Below are positions 52,564 to 62,362 of a DNA stretch of 64,000 nt, piece by piece; the first letter of the stretch is position 1; each line of letters starts with the position of its first letter. Below the pieces are notes generated by a model. That model saw only the letters and a program-made list of their open reading frames with translations, made no database searches and was not told the DNA's origin. Origin of the DNA: Obrimoposthia wandeli (taxonomy: Eukaryota); assembly GCA_977020255.1 (NCBI GenBank), contig CDROCS010006288.1:1-64000 (forward strand). Reading direction: 5' to 3'. The translations under genes and the position numbers were made by a program.

Positions 52564-52836
52564 ATGATTAAGTTACTAGAAAAAATAGGCCAAAACCCGC
52601 AGTACAGTTTAACGCTGTTCTTACGTGGGCTTGGCCTTTTTGTTATTGGTTTGCTCTTTGTTGCTTTGGGATATTTTTATCATCATCTTTGGCAAATTGT
52701 AGGCATCATAACACTAGCGCTTGCTTGCTTATTGGCAGCATGGGGGTATCTGGGGATTTTTGCCAATCGTTGGTTAAATATTCTTTATCGCACTCAACCC
52801 GCGAATAAACGACCGACCAACAAAAATACAAATTAA
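52564..52836 (+). CDS. Small two-TM membrane protein
   Basis: Two hydrophobic segments; co-directional with nfuA. Confidence 0.7.
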   Translation: MIKLLEKIGQNPQYSLTLFLRGLGLFVIGLLFVALGYFYHHLWQIVGIITLALACLLAAWGYLGIFANRWLNILYRTQPANKRPTNKNTN

Positions 52837-53199
52837 ATGAAATTAATGACTAATTTAATAAAAAAATATTGGCTTTTCATTTCTGTTTTTTTACTTACCG
52901 CTATTGCGACCTTGTCTTTATGGCCCGCAGAACATTTACCTCAAGTCCCGGGTAGTGATAAAACTCATCATTTCATCTCTTATGGCGCATTGATGTTTCC
53001 TGTAGCATTACGAAAACCCCAATACTGGCTATGGATTACCTTAGGTTTTGCTGGCTTTAGTGGCGCTATTGAGTTGATTCAGCCTTATGTTAATCGCTAT
53101 GGAGAATGGCTTGATTTGGCCGCCAATGTAGCAGGTTTAGCGTGTGGCATTATGCTCGCTCAGATTATTGAGTACTTCACTGTGGGTAACACTAAGTAA
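52837..53199 (+). CDS. VanZ family membrane protein
   Basis: SDKTHHFISYG, IELIQPYVNRYGEWLDLAANVAG. Confidence 0.85.
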   Translation: MKLMTNLIKKYWLFISVFLLTAIATLSLWPAEHLPQVPGSDKTHHFISYGALMFPVALRKPQYWLWITLGFAGFSGAIELIQPYVNRYGEWLDLAANVAGLACGIMLAQIIEYFTVGNTK

Positions 53200-53313
53200 C
53201 ACTTGATTACATAACACATACAGGCGATGAATTATTAGTTGACCGGTATCAAGCTTGATACCTATTGGCATGTTAGTATTCTTCTACTGTTACCTCATTA
53301 AGCCAATTATCTT

Positions 53314-53595
53314 ATGTCGAAAGAAACTCCTGCTCATCACCTTCCGGTAGCACATCCTCCAAAGCGATTATGGCAAAAAATATCGTCAATCATCGCAAAA
53401 GGAAGTTTTGGCTTGGCTGCTATTGGCGCAGTGGTAACAGTTATTTATGGCAATGATGTTGAAGCCGATATTAAAGCAGCGCTTGGCGCAACTACCTTTT
53501 TTTGTGTAGCTGTTGGTGTTGTCTGTCAAGCGATGGGTAGTACGAGTATTCCAAACTTAAAGCCGACCCCGAAAGAGTTTGATGATAAAAAATGA
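53314..53595 (+). CDS. Small two-TM hypothetical protein
   Basis: Two hydrophobic helices. Confidence 0.65.
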   Translation: MSKETPAHHLPVAHPPKRLWQKISSIIAKGSFGLAAIGAVVTVIYGNDVEADIKAALGATTFFCVAVGVVCQAMGSTSIPNLKPTPKEFDDKK

Positions 53596-53597
53596 TA

Positions 53598-53759
53598 TCA
53601 AGCACTTTCTTTTGTAGCGATGAGCATGGCGACAATGGAATTACCGCTCAAAGAATATGCATGTTCAAGCAGTCTTATTGCGGCCGTATCAACTAAGCCG
53701 TGCACAGTGGTATGGTAATATTTGATAGGATCAGCGGCAAGGCTAGGTAAGATAGACGT
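53598..53759 (-). pseudogene. Possible YbjQ/UPF0145-like gene remnant
   Basis: Startless open frame …HGLVDTAAIRLLEHAYSLSGNSIVAMLIAT… resembles the YbjQ 'A..R+…A..LG.N.+V.+…T' motif. Confidence 0.3.
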
Positions 53760-53867
53760 TTATGTTGATCGAAACGGCTAGTTTTAATCCAAAAAAAATC
53801 CTAAAGTTCTAGTGCTTTAAAGTAAAAAACGTTATTTTATCTCATCTGATTTTTAAAGGTATATACC

Positions 53868-54941
53868 ATGAAGTATATGTTGCGGACACTAGTTTCAGTT
53901 TCATTATTATTGAGCGTTGCGCTCAGCAGTCATGCAGCAGTAATTTTACAGTACCATCATGTTAGCGATAGCACCCCAGCAAGCACCAGTATTTCCCCAA
54001 AACAATTTGAAGTGCACTTACAATACCTTAAAGATAATAATTTTAAAGTGGTACCTTTATCTGAGTTAATTGAAGGCATTAAAAACCAACAAGCTTTACC
54101 CGATAAAAGCGTCGCTATTACCTTTGATGATGCTTATATTGATGTGTTAACGCAAGCTAAGCCCATTTTAGATAAATTTGCATTTCCGTATACCATTTAT
54201 GTAAACCCAGGCATTATCGCTCGTAATGAAAAAAATGATGCTTCACATTATTTGTCATGGATTCAACTCAAAGCACTTTCAGATGAAGGCGTGATTATTG
54301 CTAACCATGGTTATGAACATGATTCTATGGCGCGAATTACAGATGGATTAACGCAAGCACAATGGCTGCGTAAACAAACGGAATTATTATTAAAAGCGGA
54401 AGCGGTTATTAAAGAAAATACCGGTCAAAGCTGGCGATATTATGCATACCCTTATGGTGAATATGATATCGCTATTCAAGCATGGGCTAAAGAAAATGAC
54501 TTCGTTGCTTTTTCTCAGCAATCGGGCGCAATTGATTTATCGACAGACTTAACCAGCGTACCGCGTTTTCCAGCTTCAAAGCCTTATGATAAAATTTCTG
54601 GCTTACGTGATAAGTTAAACTCATTGGCGTTTAATATTCGTTTAGAAGGCGAACAAGCTGAAACTATCTTTAAACACAAAGAAGCTAAAAGTATCAATTT
54701 TGCTATTGAAACGGGGGACTTTTATAAATCAGCCCTCAATTGTTATATTTCAGGTTTAGGTAAGCAAAAAATCACCTGGAATGATGATAAAAGTTTTAGT
54801 ATAAATTTTAGTAAAGACCTGCCGATTGGTAGAGTTCGAGCTAACTGCACGGCTGCAAGTATTAGTAAGCCAGGTCGCTATTATTGGTATTCTAAGCCAT
54901 GGTTTATCTTAAAAGATGATGGCAGCTGGTACCATTTATAA
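53868..54941 (+). CDS. Secreted polysaccharide deacetylase (CE4/NodB family)
   Basis: Signal peptide, ILQYHHV, ITFDD, NHGYEH, YAYPYGE. Confidence 0.9.
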   Translation: MKYMLRTLVSVSLLLSVALSSHAAVILQYHHVSDSTPASTSISPKQFEVHLQYLKDNNFKVVPLSELIEGIKNQQALPDKSVAITFDDAYIDVLTQAKPILDKFAFPYTIYVNPGIIARNEKNDASHYLSWIQLKALSDEGVIIANHGYEHDSMARITDGLTQAQWLRKQTELLLKAEAVIKENTGQSWRYYAYPYGEYDIAIQAWAKENDFVAFSQQSGAIDLSTDLTSVPRFPASKPYDKISGLRDKLNSLAFNIRLEGEQAETIFKHKEAKSINFAIETGDFYKSALNCYISGLGKQKITWNDDKSFSINFSKDLPIGRVRANCTAASISKPGRYYWYSKPWFILKDDGSWYHL

Positions 54942-54981
54942 AAAAGTAAGCCGTTTACCTTTGTTTCCAATCTATTCTCAA

Positions 54982-55650
54982 TTATTGATAAAGCGCGACT
55001 ATTTTTTGATAGTCGCTTAATAACTTCTCATTATCAATACTAGGTACTTCACCTACTACTTGCTCAGGTCTAAATATTGCCGCTATCTTCCCCGCGGGAT
55101 TGATTAAGACTAATGAAGCGCTGTGATCAACCCAATAGTTTTCATCGCCAGCAGGCACTTCAACGTCTCCTTTACTTACCTCTTTACTAGTGATGGCATA
55201 CATCAACCCTAAATTTCGAGAAAAGGGAAAAAGCACATCGTGCTCTGCGCGGAGTGCTTTAAAGTTAGGATTAAAATATCCAATGTATTGCTCAAGCTTT
55301 TCTCTGCTGTCTCTTTTGGGATCAACAGAGACTAATAACACTTGGCTATTACTGGCAATGTTGGTTAAGTCCTCATAAATGAAATTGAGGTTTTGCAGGG
55401 TGGTTGGGCAGACATCAGGACAAGAAGTATAACCGAAGAATACCAGTGACCATTTGTCGCGTAACTGCTCATTATTAAAAGGCTGTCCTAACTCATCCGT
55501 TAAGGTAAAGGGTGATATTGGCCGAGCCTGTTGATAATGCAAAGCATATTCAGGTAGAGGTAATTGTTTTGTTTTATTCATAAGATAAAAACCAGCCGCG
55601 CCGGCACAGATTGAGATTAAGGCAATAATGCTATAGATATGTTTATTCAT
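54982..55650 (-). CDS. SCO1/SenC copper chaperone
   Basis: FGYTSCPDVCP, VSVDP.RD, VDHS. Confidence 0.93.
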   Translation of the reverse strand: MNKHIYSIIALISICAGAAGFYLMNKTKQLPLPEYALHYQQARPISPFTLTDELGQPFNNEQLRDKWSLVFFGYTSCPDVCPTTLQNLNFIYEDLTNIASNSQVLLVSVDPKRDSREKLEQYIGYFNPNFKALRAEHDVLFPFSRNLGLMYAITSKEVSKGDVEVPAGDENYWVDHSASLVLINPAGKIAAIFRPEQVVGEVPSIDNEKLLSDYQKIVALYQ

Positions 55651-55734
55651 CGAAATCCTGTGTTTAGTGCCATTGTTACGAAGTTACAGTTACGAAGTTA
55701 TTGCAGATAAACCTTCGTGGCTAAATTGTCGAAA

Positions 55735-56688
55735 CTAGCCCATTGGTAGCCAATAATGATCGAGCAGTAAAATTATGAAAAGTAACATTAAATGCACGAT
55801 AGAGAACTTAAATGTTGCCATTGCGGTCCCTTCTTTTGCATTAAACTTGAGCTGCCAAGCATAGCCAAAAAAGATCAAGTTCAAACTACACGCTCCTATT
55901 AAATACAACCAGTTACTCATACCAACTAAATAAGGTAGTAAACAAACTATAAAGAGTAAGACGGTATAAAGCAGTATCTGTGTTTTAGTGAAGCTCACGC
56001 CGTGAGTTACCGGTAACATAGGAATATTTACTTTGGCATAATCATTTTTACGGTGAATCGCTAATGCCCAAAAGTGTGGCGGTGTCCAAGTAAAAATAAT
56101 TAAAACTAATAATAAAGCGTTAGGTACCACTTCATTAGTCATAGCTGTCCAACCCAATAATGGCGGGATAGCACCAGCTAAACCGCCGATAGTGATATTT
56201 TGTGGCGTAGCACGCTTTAAATACATGGTATAGACAAAACTATAGCCAACTAAGCCAGCTAAGGTCAAAAAAGCCGTCAGTGGATTCACTAAAGCATAAA
56301 GAATAATAAAACCGAGCAAGGCTATGCTAGTGGCAAATACAATGGCATTGGTAACACTAATTTTACCTGCAGGCAAAGGCCTGTTATGGGTTCTGCCCAT
56401 AACAGTATCAATTTTTTCATCGACAATATGATTGATAGCGGCTGCCGCAGAAGATAATAATGCAATGCCAAGCATTGCAGGTATTAGCCGTTGCCACGGT
56501 AAAGCTCCAGGAACAGATAAACTCATACCAACTAATGCCGTCAATACCAATAAAGCAACAACTTTAGGTTTGGTAATATCGTAATAAGCACGCCAATTAG
56601 CAAAAATGCTACTAATGGAAAAATGATGGTGACTAGTATTAATCGCCGATGGCATAGGTGTTATCGTTTTATTCATTACTTTACTCAT
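55735..56688 (-). CDS. cyoE: Protoheme IX farnesyltransferase (heme O synthase)
   Basis: [36 protein letters not shown]. Confidence 0.95.
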   Translation of the reverse strand: MSKVMNKTITPMPSAINTSHHHFSISSIFANWRAYYDITKPKVVALLVLTALVGMSLSVPGALPWQRLIPAMLGIALLSSAAAAINHIVDEKIDTVMGRTHNRPLPAGKISVTNAIVFATSIALLGFIILYALVNPLTAFLTLAGLVGYSFVYTMYLKRATPQNITIGGLAGAIPPLLGWTAMTNEVVPNALLLVLIIFTWTPPHFWALAIHRKNDYAKVNIPMLPVTHGVSFTKTQILLYTVLLFIVCLLPYLVGMSNWLYLIGACSLNLIFFGYAWQLKFNAKEGTAMATFKFSIVHLMLLFIILLLDHYWLPMG

Positions 56689-57754
56689 AGAGAGACTCCT
56701 CGGAATTTTGTCGTAATTTATAAGTTAAGGCGATCAAGCTCAGCATTAAACCGGCGGCAACTAAGTTGTGTGCGACAGCCACTTTAAGTGGCAACGAAAA
56801 CCAGATATTACTAACCCCTAAACTTATTTGAATGACTAATAAGCTCAGTAAAATAGTGGCGGTGTTCTTTATAGAAGGAGTTTTTGCTTTGAGAAAAATG
56901 GTGATGGCTAACCAAGCGAGAAATGCGCCAGTAATGATTGCACCAAAACGATGACTAACATGAATAGTTACTCTTTCATTATGTGCTAAGTGACCAAATT
57001 CATAGCTCTCTTGGTTTTGGGGAATCAAATCAAAGGACTGCTCAAAACTTAAATCGGATAGCCAATCACCCTGACAAATGGGTAATTCTACACAACTCAT
57101 GGCGGCATAATTTGATGAGGTCCAACCGCCTAGGGCAATTTGTGCGGTTAAAATAGTAATACCTATTAATGCATAGCTACTGTATTTTTTAAGCTGTGAT
57201 TCAGCTAAGTTTTCTCCCTGAGTGTTTATTCTTCTAGCATTAATGCGCAAATATAATAAGAATAGTAAGCAAAGCGTGGTAAAGCCGCCGAGTAAATGCC
57301 CCATCACCACTATTGGCATTAATTTCAGTGTTACTGTCCACATACCTAATGCAGCTTGGAAGGTAACAATACCTAAAATACATAGGGGCAGAAATATTGG
57401 ATACCTAACTTTTGAGCTTTTTGAAAAGCGTAATTTTATTGAAACGAACGCTATTACTGCGATAAGCAAACCAAGACTGCCGGCAAAATAGCGATGAATC
57501 ATCTCATTCCATGCTTTAGCCGGTTCAACAGGTCGTTCAGGAAAAGCCTGCTCAGCAGCAGCAATTTGTATGCTCGTCTCAGGTACATCGATTAAACCAT
57601 AACAGGTTGGCCAATCAGGACAGCCTAAACCCGCATGAGTTAAACGTGTATAAGCACCTAAGCCAATAACAACAATGGCTAACAGTAAACTGGTCAGCAC
57701 TAAACGACGCAGTGTCTGTGTCTTTTTACTGTGTTCTGTCATTGAGTTAACCAA
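56681..57754 (-). CDS. ctaA: Heme A synthase (COX15/CtaA)
   Basis: [37 protein letters not shown]. Confidence 0.93.
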   Translation of the reverse strand: MVNSMTEHSKKTQTLRRLVLTSLLLAIVVIGLGAYTRLTHAGLGCPDWPTCYGLIDVPETSIQIAAAEQAFPERPVEPAKAWNEMIHRYFAGSLGLLIAVIAFVSIKLRFSKSSKVRYPIFLPLCILGIVTFQAALGMWTVTLKLMPIVVMGHLLGGFTTLCLLFLLYLRINARRINTQGENLAESQLKKYSSYALIGITILTAQIALGGWTSSNYAAMSCVELPICQGDWLSDLSFEQSFDLIPQNQESYEFGHLAHNERVTIHVSHRFGAIITGAFLAWLAITIFLKAKTPSIKNTATILLSLLVIQISLGVSNIWFSLPLKVAVAHNLVAAGLMLSLIALTYKLRQNSEESLYE

Positions 57755-58382
57755 CCTTAGAATATTTCAAGAGTTTCTTCATATCGGCGACAATAGCTTT
57801 ACCAAAAGCCGCTTGAAGTTGTTCTTGTTCGGGTAGTTGATGTCTTAGAATAACGTTACCTAAAGGATCGGCGATAAGTACTTGAGGACCATGCAGTAAA
57901 TTGTTCATTTGTGGGGTTAAAGCAAGTATTTTCCACTGGCTTTTGGCAAGTTGTTTGCTTTGCTGGGCAGAGAAAATGTTTTCCTTGAGTAACACGGCAG
58001 ACACCCTTGGCATATCTTTTCCTAGGGCGACATAGCTGTTATGTACAGTTTCAATGCTATGTAAGCACATCTCAGGACATGTATTAGGTAGTCGATAAAT
58101 GATAAGCCATTGCTTGGCAAGTTCTGACTCATCTATTCCCAACTCTTGTAGTGTTAATGGCTGCGCTAATAACTTACCCTGATTTGTTACACCTAGGTTT
58201 AGCCACTGATTGTCTAAGGCTAATTTGGCTAATAATATTGGTAATATAAATACCGTAATTAATAAGAGTAAACTACGGCGGCTTCTCTTTTGTGAAGCAT
58301 GGTTTGAAGTATGGCCTGATTTATTGGTACTGGTTAAAGTACTGCTATTATTTGAATCATCTGTATTTATTGACCTAGCCAT
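57747..58382 (-). CDS. Conserved cox-cluster membrane-anchored protein (thioredoxin-like)
   Basis: N-terminal TM, CxxxC (CPEMC), [20 protein letters not shown]. Confidence 0.8.
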   Translation of the reverse strand: MARSINTDDSNNSSTLTSTNKSGHTSNHASQKRSRRSLLLLITVFILPILLAKLALDNQWLNLGVTNQGKLLAQPLTLQELGIDESELAKQWLIIYRLPNTCPEMCLHSIETVHNSYVALGKDMPRVSAVLLKENIFSAQQSKQLAKSQWKILALTPQMNNLLHGPQVLIADPLGNVILRHQLPEQEQLQAAFGKAIVADMKKLLKYSKVG

Positions 58383-58427
58383 ATTTTCACGCCTTATTTT
58401 TCTTTTATTATTGTTAATGTTGTTTGC

Positions 58428-59264
58428 TTACATATTCTGTAGAGCACCAGGTGAGTTTTTGGAAGAAATATGAGCAGAGTTTTTTGTTTTAATCCGCAAG
58501 CAAATCATTAATATCAACCATGCAGTAGCTAAAGCTGCCCATTGAAAAGCGTAGCCGAAATGTTTTTCTGCGGGCATCACCATAGGGTGCCAATTTTTTT
58601 TATAACCAAGGTTTTCTTCTTGGTCTACATAGATAACAAATGGTAGTAGTGGCTTATCTATTGACGGATATATTAGCGCAGAAAATTTATCGAGTTCAAT
58701 TTGCTGTACTCGTAATGGCCAATTTGGTTGAGTAAAGTCTTGTGCTGCAAGCATTATTCCTTGCTCAACAATACGTACATGGCCTCGAAAATCATGCTGC
58801 CCTTGCAAAGGAGTAACATCAGGAAGTATGCTTCGATCAATTGAGCCTTGTACCCAACCTAAATTGATTAAGACTGAGTTAGTCGGCGTTTGCACAACTT
58901 GTAATACGCGGTAACCTAGAGAGTTATTCTCGACTTGATTATCGAGTAAGAATACATAATTACCATTAAATTGACCGGTAATAGTGACCGGAAAATCATT
59001 AATACTTTCTTTACCGGTAAATTGCTCATCCTTTGAGAGTTTGACTATTTCGTCCAGGGTTAATGGTGACTGCTGATTAAGTTGCGTAATACGGATAGCG
59101 CGCTGTTCTTTCTCGAAGCCACGGTTATACTGCCAGAAAGACAATTTAATTAAACAAGCAAACACAATAATCGTTAGCCCTAACCAAAGGGCATTATGAA
59201 ATATTTTTTTTAGTTTATCGGCATACTGCAAAAATAAGACCTTATAAAATATAGACAAAAACAA
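58428..59264 (-). CDS. SURF1/Shy1 family oxidase assembly protein (start uncertain)
   Basis: LSFWQYNR, LLDNQ…GYRV, INLGWV, KHFGYAFQW. Confidence 0.88.
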   Translation of the reverse strand: MFLSIFYKVLFLQYADKLKKIFHNALWLGLTIIVFACLIKLSFWQYNRGFEKEQRAIRITQLNQQSPLTLDEIVKLSKDEQFTGKESINDFPVTITGQFNGNYVFLLDNQVENNSLGYRVLQVVQTPTNSVLINLGWVQGSIDRSILPDVTPLQGQHDFRGHVRIVEQGIMLAAQDFTQPNWPLRVQQIELDKFSALIYPSIDKPLLPFVIYVDQEENLGYKKNWHPMVMPAEKHFGYAFQWAALATAWLILMICLRIKTKNSAHISSKNSPGALQNM

Positions 59265-60126
59265 AAAGCATTACCCAAACGACATCGACAAAATGCCAAT
59301 ACCAACTTGCTGCTTGAAAAGCAAAGTGATTCTCTGGGGTGAAATGACCTTTTAATACTCTAAACCACATTACTATCAACATGATACAACCTAAAGTAAC
59401 ATGCATACCGTGAAAGCCAGTCAGTAAATAAAAAGTATTACCATAGACTCCGCTATCTAGAAATAGTCGCATTTCTTCAGAGTAACCGTGAGCGTATTCT
59501 TGTACTTGAAAGAACATAAATGCTAAGCCAAGTACTATGGTTAGACCAAGCCACACTTTAAGTGGTCCACGATTATTTTTAATTAATGCACTATGAGCAA
59601 AGTGAGCGGTAATTGAAGACGTTAATAATAAAACGGTATTAATTAACGGTAGACCAAACCAACCCATGGCGGTGGTAGTCGTGCCATCAGGGGTTGTTAA
59701 TAAAGGCCATTGGGCAACAAAGTCAGGCCAAAGTACGGCGCCCGTTGATACGTTGTTACCTGCACCGCCTAACCAAGGCACAGAAAATACCCGTAAATAG
59801 AGTAAAGCGCCAAAAAAAGCGGCAAAGAACATCACTTCAGAAAAGATAAACCAACTCATACCTTGACGGAATGAATTATCCATCTGATGTGAGTACTTAC
59901 CGGTTAGCGATTCACTAATTACATCACTAAACCAACCCACAAGCATATAGATCACAAGTGCAATACCAGCCAGAAGCAAATATCCACCGTAACCACTTGT
60001 TTCATTTGATAAGTCAGTTACATAGTTAGCTGCACCAAAGGCAATCATAAATAGTGCTACTGCGCCGACAATCGGCCAGTGGCTTTGGCTGGGTACGTAA
60101 TAACTTTCGTATTCTTTGTTAGTCAT
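59242..60126 (-). CDS. coxC: Cytochrome c oxidase subunit III
   Basis: FIFSEVMFF, LINTVLLLTSS, TGFHGMHV, WYWHFVDVVW. Confidence 0.96.
   Translation of the reverse strand: MTNKEYESYYVPSQSHWPIVGAVALFMIAFGAANYVTDLSNETSGYGGYLLLAGIALVIYMLVGWFSDVISESLTGKYSHQMDNSFRQGMSWFIFSEVMFFAAFFGALLYLRVFSVPWLGGAGNNVSTGAVLWPDFVAQWPLLTTPDGTTTTAMGWFGLPLINTVLLLTSSITAHFAHSALIKNNRGPLKVWLGLTIVLGLAFMFFQVQEYAHGYSEEMRLFLDSGVYGNTFYLLTGFHGMHVTLGCIMLIVMWFRVLKGHFTPENHFAFQAASWYWHFVDVVWVMLFVFVYIL
59889..59900. promoter_or_regulatory. Possible SlmA-binding sequence
   Basis: GTGAGTACTTAC, 11 of 12 match to E. coli SBS GTGAGTACTCAC; lies inside coxC. Confidence 0.25.
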
Positions 60127-60153
60127 TTTCTATCCCTTTTTTCGAGTAGAACC

Positions 60154-60723
60154 CTATGACGACTTCTCGGTTATGTCATACAAGGTATAAGATAAAGTTA
60201 AAGTATTTATATCTGCGGGCAGTTCTAAATCGACATAAAACTGTAAACTCATCTCAACATCTTTTCCCGCTGCTAGCGGTTGTTGAGTAAAGCAAAAACA
60301 TTCAATTTTATGAAAATAGTTTGCTGCCAAACCGGGTGACACTGAAGGTACTGCTTGACCGATAATGTCATGAGAAGCATTATTTTTTGCATAAAATGAA
60401 ACTAATTTCATTTCACCAGGGTGGACACTAATCTCATTAATTACCGGCTCAAACTCCCATGGAATACCTTTAGCATTTCGGGTAATAAACTGCACCTTAA
60501 CGGTACGTAGTTTATCTATGCCGCCAGCCTCATAAGTCGCCGCAGTATCATTTGTTTTGCCATTTAGGCCGGTAATATCACAAAACACATCGTATAAAGG
60601 TACCAGAGCAAAACCAAAGCCAAACATAGCAACAACGACAAGCAGTAATTTTCTTACTGTTTTATTGTTATTACTAATACCTGTACTGGTATTTATATTG
60701 GCTTTGTCATCATCAGTGCTCAT
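60154..60723 (-). CDS. ctaG: Cytochrome c oxidase assembly protein Cox11/CtaG
   Basis: VPLYDVFCDITG, KIECFCF, TLSYT. Confidence 0.95.
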   Translation of the reverse strand: MSTDDDKANINTSTGISNNNKTVRKLLLVVVAMFGFGFALVPLYDVFCDITGLNGKTNDTAATYEAGGIDKLRTVKVQFITRNAKGIPWEFEPVINEISVHPGEMKLVSFYAKNNASHDIIGQAVPSVSPGLAANYFHKIECFCFTQQPLAAGKDVEMSLQFYVDLELPADINTLTLSYTLYDITEKSS

Positions 60724-60728
60724 ACAAG

Positions 60729-62351
60729 TTAGTGCTCGTGTTGGTCAGCATTATCAATATCTTGCTGCGATGGTGGAGTACTAAACGTATGATATGGAGC
60801 AGGGCTCGCTACCGTCCACTCTAAGCCTATCGCACCATCCCAAGGTTTAGCGGGTGCTTTCTCGCCACCGCGAATACATTTTATTACTACCGCTAAGAAA
60901 ATAAGTTGCGATAAGCCAAATGCAAAGCCACCAATGCTGACCCACTTATTAAAGTCGGCAAACTGTAGTGCGTAATCTGGAATTCTGCGTGGCATGCCTG
61001 CTAAACCTAAAAAGTGCATAGGGAAAAACAGTAAGTTCACTGAGATTAATGAACACCAAAAATGCCATTTGCTCAACGTATCGTTGTACATGTGACCGGT
61101 CCATTTAGGTAGCCAGAAATAAGCGCCTGCATACAGGGAGAATAACGAGCCAGTAACCAGCACATAATGAAAGTGAGCGACAACAAAGTAGGTGTCGTGA
61201 TATTGAAAATCGACCGGTGTCATAGCCAACATCAATCCTGAGAACCCACCAATGGTGAATAAAATAACAAAGGCGATTGAAAACAGCATTGGTGTTTCAA
61301 AGGTTAATGAACCGCGCCACATAGTAGCGACCCAGTTAAATACTTTAACCCCAGTAGGTACCGCAATTAGCATGGTGCAATACATAAAGAACAGCTCACC
61401 AAATAATGGCATACCCGTGGTGAACATATGATGTGCCCATACGATAAATGACAATAAGGCAATGGATGATGTGGCATAAACCATTGAGCTATAACCAAAT
61501 AATCGTTTGCGTGAGAAAGCTGGAATAGTGGTAGAGACAATGCCAAAGGCTGGCAAAATCATGATATAAACCTCAGGGTGACCAAAGAACCAAAAAATAT
61601 GCTGGAACATAACCGGATCGCCACCACCAGCAGCATCAAAGAAACTGGTACCAAAATAAGTATCGGTAAGTAGCATGGTCACTACGCCGGCGAGCACAGG
61701 CATGACGGCAATCAATAAATAGGCCGTGATAAAAAAGGTCCAAACAAATAAAGGCATTTTCATATATGTCATGCCAGGAGCACGCATATTCATGATGGTG
61801 ACTACGATATTAATCGCGCCCATTATGGAAGAAATCCCCATAATATGAACGGCAAAAACGAAGAAAGCAGTACTGCCATTAGAGTAAGTCGTTGATAACG
61901 GCGCGTAGAAGGTCCAACCAAAATTAGGCGCGCCACTTTCCATAAAGAAAGAGCCAAGTAAAATAGCAAAGGCAAATGGAAGAATCCAAAAGCTCCAGTT
62001 ATTCATACGAGGTAGCGCCATATCTGGTGCACCTAACATCATAGGAAGCATCCAGTTAGCGAAGCCGGTAAAGGCAGGCATAATGGCACCAAATACCATA
62101 ACTAACCCATGGACGGTTGTTAATTGGTTAAAAAAGTCGGGCTCAACTATTTGCAGACCTGGCTGAAATAACTCAGCCCGGATCACCATAGCTAAAGCGC
62201 CACCAGTTAAAAACATGATAAAAGCGAACCATAAATATAGGGTACCGATGTCTTTATGGTTAGTGGTATAAAGCCAGCGTTTTATGCCTGTCATTTTATG
62301 GTCATAATGATGTTCGTCGTGCGAATCTTGTTCTATAACGTCTGTAGTCAT
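60729..62351 (-). CDS. coxA: Cytochrome c oxidase subunit I (A1 type)
   Basis: TNHKDIG, GHPEVY, WAHH, HFHY, PRR. Confidence 0.98.
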   Translation of the reverse strand: MTTDVIEQDSHDEHHYDHKMTGIKRWLYTTNHKDIGTLYLWFAFIMFLTGGALAMVIRAELFQPGLQIVEPDFFNQLTTVHGLVMVFGAIMPAFTGFANWMLPMMLGAPDMALPRMNNWSFWILPFAFAILLGSFFMESGAPNFGWTFYAPLSTTYSNGSTAFFVFAVHIMGISSIMGAINIVVTIMNMRAPGMTYMKMPLFVWTFFITAYLLIAVMPVLAGVVTMLLTDTYFGTSFFDAAGGGDPVMFQHIFWFFGHPEVYIMILPAFGIVSTTIPAFSRKRLFGYSSMVYATSSIALLSFIVWAHHMFTTGMPLFGELFFMYCTMLIAVPTGVKVFNWVATMWRGSLTFETPMLFSIAFVILFTIGGFSGLMLAMTPVDFQYHDTYFVVAHFHYVLVTGSLFSLYAGAYFWLPKWTGHMYNDTLSKWHFWCSLISVNLLFFPMHFLGLAGMPRRIPDYALQFADFNKWVSIGGFAFGLSQLIFLAVVIKCIRGGEKAPAKPWDGAIGLEWTVASPAPYHTFSTPPSQQDIDNADQHEH

Positions 62352-62362
62352 TTTATATCCCC

